Part shown: positions 21,666-31,966 of the stretch, piece after piece
Layout: every line of letters starts with the position of its first letter
Position numbering within the stretch: position 1 is the first letter of the stretch
From: Malassezia furfur
Taxonomy: Eukaryota
Reading direction: 5' to 3' (one strand)
DNA: 32,723 nt
Assembly: GCA_052055015.1 (NCBI GenBank)
Contig: JBQJIT010000083.1
Made by a program: the position numbers and the translations under genes
Notes under the pieces: generated by a model
The model's database searches: none
Seen by the model: only the letters and a program-made list of their open reading frames with translations
Told to the model about the DNA's origin: nothing

Positions 21666-23360
21666 ATGACTCGGGCAGATGAGCGTACGCCGCTGCTCGG
21701 CGGCACACAGGTGGCGGGTGCGGGAGCGCCTCGACCCATCTCAGATTCGGCCTTCTACGATCACCCTCGAAGCGAGGATCTGGATCCGAGCCATGACCCC
21801 CCTGAGCGGCCATTCTTCGTGGTCATCACGACATGCATGGCGCTCTGGTGCATCACGCTGATCGTGAGTCTGGACATGACCATTGTTTCGATGCTCCTAG
21901 GAAACATTTCGTCCGACTTTCGTGCTTCGGAGCAAGCAGCCTGGATTGGGTCGACATACCTGCTCACTGCATGCTGTACGGCGCCGGTGTACGGCCGATT
22001 GTGCGACATTATCGGCGGCAAGCGTTCGCTATCTATGGCGCTGATCCTGTTTGCCACAGGCACACTGGGCTGCGGTGCAGCACGGAACATGTCCGAATTC
22101 TTGCTTTCGCGCACCATCGCCGGCATGGGCGGTGGTGGTCTGAACACGGTGGGGAGTGTTATCGTGAGCCACCTCGTACCGCTGCACTCGCGTGGCGTGT
22201 ACCAAGGTCTGACGAACATTGTGTTTGGTCTTGGGATTGCCATTGGTGGTCCAATTGGTGGCGCATTCAACGATACGCTCGGCTGGCGCGCCGCCTTCTA
22301 CTTCCAGGTGCCCATTATCTGTGTCGCGTTTCTTGCGTTGCTCACGCTCCTGGACGACACGGTCCCCCACGGGGATGACCAGCGTTCGGTGTGGCGTCGT
22401 CTGCAGGACATTGACCTGCTTGGGCTGGGCGTGGTGACCATGGCACCGCTGTCGCTGCTGTATGCGATGGATCTGGTGAGCGTCAAGGATGTGCCCTTTG
22501 ACGACGTCCGTGTCATGGCGAGCGGCGTCGTGGCCGTGCTGGCGCTCGTGGGATTCTATGTGGTGGAGCGTTATGTGGCGCGTGTGCCGCTCATCTCGCT
22601 CGACGTGCTTGCGCTGCGGTCCGGCTGGTCGTCGCTGTGGACCAACTTTTGGCTGAGCATTGCCAACTTTGGCTACAACTTCAACTTCCCGCTCTTTTTC
22701 CAAGTGGTCGGCAAGCTGCCGCCCTCGGTGATTGGTGCGCGCATGATTCCTGCAAGCATGGCACTGAGTGCCGGCAGTCTGTTTTCCGGGTTCTACATGC
22801 GGAAGACGGGCTACTACTACTGGTACACCGTGGCGTGTCTGACCGTCGCGACGGTTGCGATTTGGCGCTCGACGCTCTTTGACGATCACCCGCCGCTGGT
22901 GTCGCCGTTTGTGATCAACACCTTTTTGTACTTTAGCCAGTCCGGGGTGCTGACCACGACGCTACTGGCGCTGATCAACAGCGTCGAAAAGCACGCGATT
23001 GGTGTGTCGACGGGGATGAGCTACTTTTTCCGCTCCAACGGTCAGGTGCTTGGTGTGGCCATGACGGGTGGTATCATGCAGGTATCGCTGCTCCGGGCGC
23101 TGCGCTGGCGCATCGTGGGCCCCGACGCTGACGACATGATTGCACGCATCCGACACGAGGCGACGTCGATCGACAAACTCCCCGAGGAGTTCCAAGGCGC
23201 CGCAATCGAGTCGTACACGTACGCGCTGCACAATGTGTTTGTGTTTGTGTTCTTGTGCGACATCCTGGCGCTGGTGTGCGGCCTGTTTATCGAGAACAAG
23301 CGGCTGCCCATGCCGGACGACAAGCGCACGACTACCCCGGCCGATGAGGAACGCAATTAG
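21666..23360 (+). CDS. DHA2-type MFS transporter, Vba-like (vacuolar basic amino acid/drug)
   Basis: N-terminal DERTPLL acidic dileucine signal, then SLDMTIV, YGRLCDIIG, AGMGGGG and LGWRAAF; about 14 TM segments. Confidence 0.85.
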   Translation: MTRADERTPLLGGTQVAGAGAPRPISDSAFYDHPRSEDLDPSHDPPERPFFVVITTCMALWCITLIVSLDMTIVSMLLGNISSDFRASEQAAWIGSTYLLTACCTAPVYGRLCDIIGGKRSLSMALILFATGTLGCGAARNMSEFLLSRTIAGMGGGGLNTVGSVIVSHLVPLHSRGVYQGLTNIVFGLGIAIGGPIGGAFNDTLGWRAAFYFQVPIICVAFLALLTLLDDTVPHGDDQRSVWRRLQDIDLLGLGVVTMAPLSLLYAMDLVSVKDVPFDDVRVMASGVVAVLALVGFYVVERYVARVPLISLDVLALRSGWSSLWTNFWLSIANFGYNFNFPLFFQVVGKLPPSVIGARMIPASMALSAGSLFSGFYMRKTGYYYWYTVACLTVATVAIWRSTLFDDHPPLVSPFVINTFLYFSQSGVLTTTLLALINSVEKHAIGVSTGMSYFFRSNGQVLGVAMTGGIMQVSLLRALRWRIVGPDADDMIARIRHEATSIDKLPEEFQGAAIESYTYALHNVFVFVFLCDILALVCGLFIENKRLPMPDDKRTTTPADEERN

Positions 23361-23440
23361 TGTGTCACATCTGTCCTTCTAATGACGCAAAAAACTATAG
23401 AACCGCAGCCGTGTCTCTCTTCCTCGCGACACGCACGCCC

Positions 23441-24762
23441 CTAATGCCATCCAGCCTCATCCAGACGCGGCTGCTGCGCCATGTACACATGCCCCGCATT
23501 GTTGCCCACCACACCCGACGCACCGGCCACGACCGGCGACTCGGGGGCGGCCATGCGCTCCGAGCCGATCACGGCGGGCACAGAGCCCCGCGCGTACTCC
23601 GGCGCAGCCGTCGCGCGGTTCGACGCGGGCTCGGCGTACTCGGCCGGAAGCACCTTGCGCCGTGGCAGCTGCTGGGCGGCGCTCGACGGCTTGCCGGCCT
23701 GGGCCTGCGTCGTGTCCTGCTGGCTGGGCCCGGGCGGGGGCAGCCCCGCCGAGGGGTGCTCGACGCGCTCGCGCGGCTGGATGCTCCAGTCGTACACGTA
23801 GTCGTACTGGTATCCCTCGCGCACAAACAGGTCGCGGAAGAGCTTGCGCAGGTAGCTGTAGTCTGGCCGGTCGTCGAACCGGAGCGAGCGGCAGCAGTTG
23901 AGGTATATGGCCATCTCTGTCGGGAAGCCGCGGCACAGCGTCTCGGTCGAAGTCATCATTTTCTTTTCCATGATCCGCTCGTACTTTTGCTTCTTGGTGG
24001 CGGCTTTGAGTCCCTGCCAAGGCAGCGAGCCCCGCAAAAAGTACATCAGCACGTACCCGAGCGACTCGAGGTCATCGCGGCGCGACTGTTCGACACCCAG
24101 GTGTGTGTTGATCGACGTGTAGCGCGCTGTGCCCGTCAGGTTTTTGTTTTCGCGGTAAGGAATGTGCAGATGCGTCTTCGGGTCGCGGTACTTTTTGGCG
24201 AGACCAAAGTCGATCACGTTTACCTGGTTGCCCCGCTTGCCGATGCCCATCAGGAAGTTATCCGGCTTGATGTCGCGGTGGATAAAGTTGCGCGAGTGGA
24301 TGTATTCCACACGCGAGATCATCTGGTCGGCCAACAGCAGCACCGTCTTGAGCGAGAAGCGCCGGTTGCAGAAGTTGAACAGGTCCTCGAGCGACGGTCC
24401 CAGTAGGTCGATCACCATCGCGTTATAGTCACACTCCTGCCCAAACCACCTCACAAACGGCACACCGACGCCGCCGGCGAGCGTCTTGTATACCTTGGCC
24501 TCATACTCGAGCTGGGGGTGCTTGGCTTTCACCGACTCAAGCTTGATTGCGACCTCTTCGCCGCTGATAATGTTCACGCCCAGGTAGATGTCGCCGAACG
24601 ACCCCGAGCCGATCTTTTTTCCGATCCGGTACTGTGGTTAGTTATATGGGGTCGACGATGCGGTGCATACCCTGTTGGAGGCGCCACCCAGGGCGACCGT
24701 GTGTCAGTATGGCTCTTTGCAAACACAGTAGATACGTACTTTCCGCCCACGCGTAGATCCAT
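23441..24762 (-). CDS. HRR25: Casein kinase I (Hrr25/Hhp1 type)
   Basis: [61 protein letters not shown] and [10 protein letters not shown]. Predicted exons 24740-24762, 24671 (1 nt) and 23441-24631. Confidence 0.96.
24671..24671 (-). other. Predicted single-nucleotide exon (G) of casein kinase I
   Basis: Minus strand reads GGA AA|gtacgt...caacag|G|gtatgc...ctaaccacag|TAC CGG. Keeping the G gives AAG TAC (K-Y) in frame. Confidence 0.75.
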
Positions 24763-25276
24763 GGCGGCTCGATACTTCTCCTGAATCGACACAGGCCAAT
24801 ATCAGTCCGCACGAGTCGTATTGCAACACGGGCAAGAGCAAGCGTCGGATCCCTTGTCTGCGGAGTTGCCACGCGCGGAATGCCGGGAGGCCTGGTAGGC
24901 GCGCACTGCCGCCCCCTGCAGCCAATCGAGGGGGGGTTACTGCCACGTGACACCATGACCCCTGCCACGGTGGCACGGCGGCCCCAACGCGTCGCGCGCA
25001 CGACGTGTGGGGCAGATTGGCAGACTTAGGAGCGTTCATAGCATCTCACAAACGGCGGTACGCGTCGTCACACAGGTAGCCATGTAGGGCCATGTCGTTA
25101 GCGTGTGCATCTTGCCTCTGCCCACCATTTACACGCACCGATCACGCGCCGCTCGCCCGGCCGTCTTTGCAGCGCCGCGGTCCCCAGGATCGGATGGATC
25201 GGTAAAGCCCAACCTTGCTAGCACCAGCGCCTACCAACACCACGTCAATCCAGCGGTCCACTCGCCGTACCGTACC

Positions 25277-26041
25277 ATGGCCTCTGCACAACTCGCACCC
25301 GGCCACGAATCGGGCGACGCTGCGCGCAATGACACGTTCGGGATCGATGTCCTTGCGCCTGCGTTTGCCCTGCCCACGCCCAACGGGCAGGGCTACACCC
25401 TGTCGCGCGAAGAGATCCTCAAGGGCCTTGCGAACCGCTTCGTGCACTCGACAACCTACCTATACCTCTATGCAACCATGGCCTTCCTCTCGCTCGTCAC
25501 CGTGGTTCTCTCACTCTTGTTCCCCTGCCCAGGCCCTGCATTTTACGTGCTTGAGCTGGTCGTCAACCTCGCCCTGGTCGCAGAGGTGTCGATCCGCTTC
25601 GTCGCCTTCGGCAAGCATTTCTGGAAGTCTTCATTCAATATCCTCGACTTGTGCCTCGTGGCGCTGTGTGTGCTGACACTCGTGGTGGTGCTCTTGGGCC
25701 ACGGATGCTCGCCATATGCGCAGCGCCCTGGGCGTGGCGAAGAACTTCTGGACAGCGTGCTACTGATCGTGCGCAATATTGTGCAGTGCACGCGGCTATT
25801 GAGCGTTATCCGGCGCAGTGGCTATAATGTCGCCTCGCGCGTCACGGCGATCGATCTGAGCGACGCCCACGACTTCAATCTCGACCTCGATTTTGAAGAA
25901 GAAGGCTCGCTGGCGCGCCAGCGTATGCGCGATGGCGGTGACACCGGCGCACAGGGGACGGGGTGGATGCCTCAGCGGCAGGCGAACGAAGCACAGCCCA
26001 AAGATACCATCATTGCCGTAGACGACGAGGCCGAATTGTAG
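25277..26041 (+). CDS. Four-TM ion-transport (voltage-sensor-like S1-S4) domain protein without a pore
   Basis: S2-like ELVVNLALVAEVSIRF, S3-like FWKSSFNILDL and S4-like LLIVRNIVQCTRLLSVIRRS, followed by an acidic tail. Confidence 0.65.
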   Translation: MASAQLAPGHESGDAARNDTFGIDVLAPAFALPTPNGQGYTLSREEILKGLANRFVHSTTYLYLYATMAFLSLVTVVLSLLFPCPGPAFYVLELVVNLALVAEVSIRFVAFGKHFWKSSFNILDLCLVALCVLTLVVVLLGHGCSPYAQRPGRGEELLDSVLLIVRNIVQCTRLLSVIRRSGYNVASRVTAIDLSDAHDFNLDLDFEEEGSLARQRMRDGGDTGAQGTGWMPQRQANEAQPKDTIIAVDDEAEL

Positions 26042-26084
26042 CTGCCCGGGTAGGTGACCCGTGCGCACATACTTCCCCACCACC

Positions 26085-27104
26085 ATGACTGAGCACAAGG
26101 TACCCCAGGGGACTTACCGCCACCTTGAGGAGCCGTCGCATTACAATGACCTCGTCGACCGTTACGACAACTTCCTGTTTGGTCCGTGCATGATTTGACA
26201 CAGACTGTGATGGTGTGCTCTGGTTCGGCACGGAGGCGCTTCCTGGCGTCGTGTCGGTGCTCGAGAAACTTCGCAAGCGCAACAAGCGCGTTCTGTTCGT
26301 CACGAACAACGCAAGCAAGAGCCGGAAGACTTTGCTGAAGCGCTTCAAAGATCTCGGAATTCAGGCCTCGGAGGACGAGGTATTCTCTTCGGCTTCGGCG
26401 TCGGCTTTGTACCTGAAGGAAGTGCTGCAATTCCCTTCGGACCGCAAAGTGTATGTGGTTGGCATGGCTGGTCTGGAGGAGGAGCTCGATACAGTCGGCA
26501 TCCAGCACATTGGCGGAACGGTACGTGGTTGATATTGACACAGGATCCCAAGGAAAAAGTCAAGATCGAGGGTACCGACTTTACCCCGCTGCTTCAAGAC
26601 GGAGCCATGGACGATAGCGTCGCGGCTGTACTGTGCGGTATCGACACCGATCTATCCTACGCCAAAATCGCCAAGGCATTCCGCTACATTACGCGGGAAA
26701 ACGCTACCGACGAAGTCCAAAGCGGGCAGAAGGGTGGCGGGTGTTATTTCTTGTGCTCGAATGATGACACCACTTTCCCGTCCCAATCTGGCGCATGGCC
26801 TGGTGCCGGCTCCTGCTGGATAGGCATCCGCGAGGCAAGCAAGCGTGATCCGACGGTGATCGGCAAGCCCAATCAGCCGATGCTCGATGCTATTCTCGCG
26901 AGTCATTCCTTTGACAAGTCGCGCACGCTTATGGTCGGCGACCGCCTCAACACCGACATTGCCTTTGGTGCGCATGGTGGACTGGACACTCTCTTGGTCC
27001 TCACCGGAATTTCCAAGCGGGATGAGGTCCACGAAGACAACCCTCCGGCGGTGCCCACGTACATCACCAGCGGCCTTGGCGATCTCGACGTGCTCGAGCC
27101 ATGA
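26085..27104 (+). CDS. PHO13: HAD class IIA phosphatase (4-nitrophenylphosphatase / phosphoglycolate phosphatase)
   Basis: FLFDCDGVLW is restored by a 22-nt intron (26182-26203); also FVTNNASKSR, IGKP and MVGDRLNTDI. Second intron 26521-26543. Confidence 0.92.
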
Positions 27105-27153
27105 TTGGGGAATTAAGTAACGCGGCGCGACTCGCTACGCGTCTTGCTCCTCG

Positions 27154-28227
27154 ATGCTCATCGCCTTGGTTGGCTTGGTATGCGCCGGCAAATCGTCGGT
27201 CGCCGACTACCTTATAGACAAGCATGGGTTTACGCAGATCACATTAGCACCCAAGTCTCCCGGCGCACTGCACTTTGATTCACCTGAAGCGATGCTCCAT
27301 CATGTTACGGCGCATTGGCGAACCAACTATGTGACGTTGGATCTGGATACCACGGAGCTGGTGGGCATGTTTGACAAGCGCCCCTTCTTCCTGCTTGTTG
27401 GAATCGAAGCGCCAATGATGCTGCGCTGGGCGCGCGCCAAGGCACGACTCGACGCGTCTGCCTCCAATGCACGCGACACCTTGGACCTTGCCTCGTTCGT
27501 TGCGCATGACGACCGCGTCATGTATGGCACGTCCCATACAAGCGACGAAGACACACAACATCTTGCCAAGGACGTCTCGAATTTGTCCTTCTTGCACCAA
27601 AGCGGCTCGCTAATCTCGGCTTCCATGCCGTCGAGCAACGGCGCCCTGGCTGCGTTGCTCTCGCGGAGCCAGCTGCGGATCGCCAATACCATGCGCACTC
27701 TGCCGGAGCTGTATGCACACCTTGATACGCTCTCGCTTACGTCCATGCACCGCTTGCGCCCGACGTGGGATGCCTACTTTGTATCGCTATGCTCGCTTGC
27801 ATCCCTGCGCTCCAATTGCATGAAGCGACGCGTCGGGGCCGTGATTGTGCGCAAGAACCGCGTCCTTTCTACCGGATACAATGGAACACCCCGCGGGCTG
27901 ACAAATTGCAACGAGGGTGGCTGCGCTCGCTGCAACGAAAGCGCATCGTGCGGGAGCAACTTGGACGAGTGTCTCTGTCTGCACGCTGAAGAAAACGCAC
28001 TGCTCGAACTGGGTCGCGACCGCGGCGGAGCAGAAGGAACCATTATCTATTGCAACACGTACGTGCTTGACTAACACAGGTGCCCGTGTCTTCGCTGTGC
28101 CGTGAAAATCGTCCAGACAGGTGTGATGGAGGTCGTATACCAGCTCGAGTACAGTATGGATGACCGCAGCGCCCAGATCTTCGCCGAAGCCGGCGTCGTT
28201 TTCCGCAAGTATGAACCGCCATTTTAG
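27154..28227 (+). CDS. DCD1: dCMP deaminase
   Basis: RPTWDAYF, RSNCMKRRVGA, TGYNGTP and HAEENA. A 21-nt intron (28059-28079) restores CPCLRC. Confidence 0.95.
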
Positions 28228-28984
28228 TGACATGCGGTACTCTTGTCGTCCAATGCCACGGCGGCTCCGATGGGCGCACGGCTGTAGAGGAAAGCGCCCA
28301 GGATCGCACCGGCCACAATAGCGCCGATCATCCACGAATTATAAGTCATCATAACGAGCATCAAAAAACAGGCAATCGATACCTGCAGGCCATACAATAG
28401 AGACCGTACACTGTGCAGCCGAGATGGAGTTTGCAGACCTAGCGGTCTGGGTCAGAGAGGGCAACGTACAACAGGCGCAATAGTGCACAAGAGGTGGGTT
28501 TGGCACCGCGCTTTGGCGACGAGGATCCAGTGTCATCTCCACGCTCTGCGGTATCATTGGCGACCAAATCGGCGTACGTCATGGGGATGATCCGCTTGGC
28601 ATTGCGCGTCCGCGGCCGCCGAAGCGATGCGGTCGTGCTGAGGGGATCCGCCTCGCTATCACTAGCCCCGCGCGGTCCTATTGTAGACTGCGCATCCTCC
28701 AAACGTACAATTGCCACATCAAGGCAGCGCATGACCCATTTGAGATATTCGTACGCGACGCTGATCCCCAGAATCACCAACAGCGACAGCACAAAACCTT
28801 GTGACGATCGAATATGCCACGCCGGGGTTATGATGCATACATTCTGAGTATACGAGTTCCAGCTCATTGTCATAATGCATGCGTCTGATCCATTGCCTCC
28901 ATGCCCTGGCATAGAATGACCTTCATGTCCTGGCATGGAATGACCATCATGCATCTGCATCGTATGTCCTTCGTGTCCCTCCAT
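28224..28984 (-). CDS. Ctr-family copper transporter
   Basis: Met/His-rich N-terminus, then CIMTMSWN. After a 23-nt intron (28447-28469): MLVMM (MxxxM), GAILG (GxxxG) and C-terminal ACH*. Confidence 0.92.
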
Positions 28985-29027
28985 GGTGGAGCCACGTGGG
29001 GTCTCGCATGGGCCAAGCTTGCCTTGC

Positions 29028-30479
29028 ATGCCATTCCGCGCGCGTCTCGCGGAAGGTGCGGCGCGCCGGTTCTTTGGCGCGCGGCCTGCGCCCGAGGGTC
29101 AACCTATATCACTGATCCTCAGTACTGAAGAGGGCTCCCAGGAAGAGGACCAACTGAACACGGCTCTGTATACCCTCTTGTTCGTCATATGCCGCAAACA
29201 CATCGTACCTTGGTATGGCAAGCTCACGAGTGACCGCGAGTTCTTTATGGAGCTCGTCGAGATTTTGCGACCCATGATACATGTCCTTCAGCGGCGTACA
29301 GGTGCCATACATGCTTCGGTCCAAGGTATTGTCCCAGGACAATGCGATAAAGCTCGCAAGCGGGTAGTTGATACCATGGTCAACCGGACACCCTGCGTGC
29401 TCGTGCAGCATCTTCACCAATTTCGGATCGCGACTGCTCTTCAAGAGGACCAGCAAGATAGTCTTGCGAAACAGGTGGGCGACCACTATGCGTTGCTGGC
29501 CCCCCATTCTGGCCTGAGTCATGGCAAACTCGACAACGTCTATCTGCGCACGACGATCACAGCTTTCCTCGAAAGCATCCAAGATGATATACCGGATACG
29601 GAAGAACGTCTCTCTGACCTTGAAATGGTGCTTGTTCGAGACATTCTTGTCCTTGTGACCAACAATGTACTAGCAACGGTCAGCCAACCGTCTGTGCTTT
29701 GTCGAGCAGCTCATGGCGTCCTGGACAAGTTGGACGTATGGACAGAACCAGACTGGGTACGCCAAATAACTGACACAGGTGAGCCAAATGGCCGTCCATT
29801 TGCTTATGGTGTTGTACAATATGGCCCTGCAAACTGTTTACCATGTCTATACCCTATTGTCCTGGGCAGCAAAAAGCGCCTGGGGTCATATACGGTTACG
29901 TCGATGGCCTGCGACCAAAGCAGCGGCATCCCTCCAGCAGGAGCCGGATACGATCTGGCTTTCTAGCATTTTGTTTGGCCTGCTTTCTACAAGCTTGCGA
30001 CTTCAAGAGCGACCGCTGGGATCCTTGGTCCATTCACTGCTCTTTTCCGTTATTGTCTTCCTCTCCCCATGGATTGATCGGTATGTGTCATGTCTTACAC
30101 AGCATTATGATCCGGGCCGTGTACAACGCCATGTACTCACCCACAAATGCGACCAAATGCATCGATTCGCTGACGGAAAAACTCTCCGAGATACCCAAAC
30201 CTGACGCACCAACTTCAGCGCTAGAAGATGACCAGGCTGAATGGGAACGTCTGGTCGAACGCTGCTGGCAATATACCCCAAGTACGTGCGTTGACTAATG
30301 TGACAGAATACCTACGTATTGTCTATGGCGCTGGCAGCCGTGCACAACACGAAACAGTGCACGATGCCCTTGCTCCCATTTTCTCGCCAGAGGCCAGCGT
30401 TCCTAATGTTTGGTGGGCACTGATGCTGTACGAAAGTCTCTTGCTGGCGTGCTGTCCGGGGTGGAGTGCACCTTCATAG
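29028..30479 (+). CDS. PXA-domain protein
   Basis: LYTLLFVICRKHIVPWYGKLTSDREFFMELVEIL is PXA-like. Introns 29757-29778, 30081-30102 and 30282-30306 join four ORF fragments. Confidence 0.7.
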
Positions 30480-30499
30480 CTTAGTCAGAACCCCTCACG

Positions 30500-31673
30500 A
30501 TGACTGTCCTCGACCCCGCACAGCATCCGCACCGGCGCTGGAATCCTTTGCAAGAATCCTTTGTGCTGTGCTCACCCCATCGGACGCAGAGACCATGGCA
30601 GGGTGCCCAGGAATCTGCGCAAATGACGAAGTTGCCGCAGTACGATGAAAAGTGCTACCTCTGCCCGGGCAATAGTCGTGCGACTGGCGCGAAGAATGAC
30701 TCGTACACGTCCACCTTTGTATTTGAAAACGACTATGCGGCGCTGAAGCCGGACGAAGTCGAATCCGAGCCGCAGGAGTCAGACAGCATTGCTGCAAGGC
30801 TCTTTCGCGTGGAGCCCGCACGCGGTCGCTGCTATGTATTGTGTTTCAATCCTCGGCACGACCTCACCCTCGCACAGCTGACGACACCACCGTTCTCTGC
30901 GCAAGAAAACATCGTGCCTGTCGTGTCGGCATGGCAGGAATTGTTCCAGAGGATTCCGCAGGAGAATCCGTTTGTGCGGTATATTCAGTTCTTTGAGAAC
31001 AAAGGCAGCGCGATGGGATGCAGCAATCCGCATCCGCATGGTCAGATATGGAGCTTGGATTACATCCCGAATGAGCCAGCCAAGGAAATGGAGAACATGC
31101 GCAAATTTGCGCTGGATCCGCGCAACGCAGGCGCCGAGTCCGCACGCGACAGCCACGGCCGTCCGTCGTTGCTGCTGGAGTATGCCCATCTCGAGCTTAC
31201 TGCGCCAGGCAGACCGCGTGTGGTAACACAGAACGATGACTTTGTGGCGCTGGTCCCGTACTGGGCTGTTTGGCCCTTCGAAGTGCTGGTCGTTCCTCAC
31301 CGGCGGTTTGTTTCGTCGGTGGCCGATCTGAGCATCAGCGAAGTCGGGTCGTTTGCTGCGATCCTGGGCGAAGTCGCGTGCCGGTTCGACAATTTGTTCC
31401 AGACCTCGTTCCCCTATTCAATGGGCCTGCACCAGCGCCCTATTCCCGCCGATGTCCCGCATGGGCACGATGGAGACAACGATTATGCCCTGCTCCATGT
31501 GCACTATTACCCGCCGCTCTTGCGCAGTGCCACCGTGCGCAAATTCCTGGTCGGGTACGTGAATCGAGTGCTGACACAGGTTTGAGATGATGGCCGAACC
31601 ACAGCGTGATATCACAGCAGAAAGTGCCGCGGCTCGCTTGCGTGATTGTGCCACCACTCATTTTGCCGCGTAG
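30500..31673 (+). CDS. GAL7: Galactose-1-phosphate uridylyltransferase
   Basis: HRRWNPL, RPWQG, CYLCPGN, FENKGSAMGCSNPHPHGQ and PPLLRSATVRKFLVG. A 25-nt intron (31555-31579) is followed by FEMMAEPQRDITAESAA. Confidence 0.96.
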
Positions 31674-31966
31674 CGGGGCTCGAAGCGTGCACAGGCCATA
31701 TAATGCAGGGGCATTATCGGCCATACCATGAGGAGGTGACGACACAAACGCTCAGGGAGCATGTGGATTTTCAGGGCCACTGTATATGGTAGCAATGCGG
31801 CGATCATTCTACAATCCAATCTGAGCGCATGCTCAGGCCGGCGTGCAAAGGATGTACGCGACTATAAGAAGCCGCAGGTTTGGCAAAGTACTCTCTCAAC
31901 ACTCCCTTCGCAGACCTTTGGTCTGTGTGATTGTCCCCACCTCAACACCCTCAAGACGCTCCTCTG

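Noticed and set aside
26085..31673. Apparent frameshifts or premature stops suggesting pseudogenes or recoding in PHO13, DCD1, Ctr, the PXA gene and GAL7
   Set aside because: All are resolved by canonical 21-25 nt GT-AG introns with branch-like sites.
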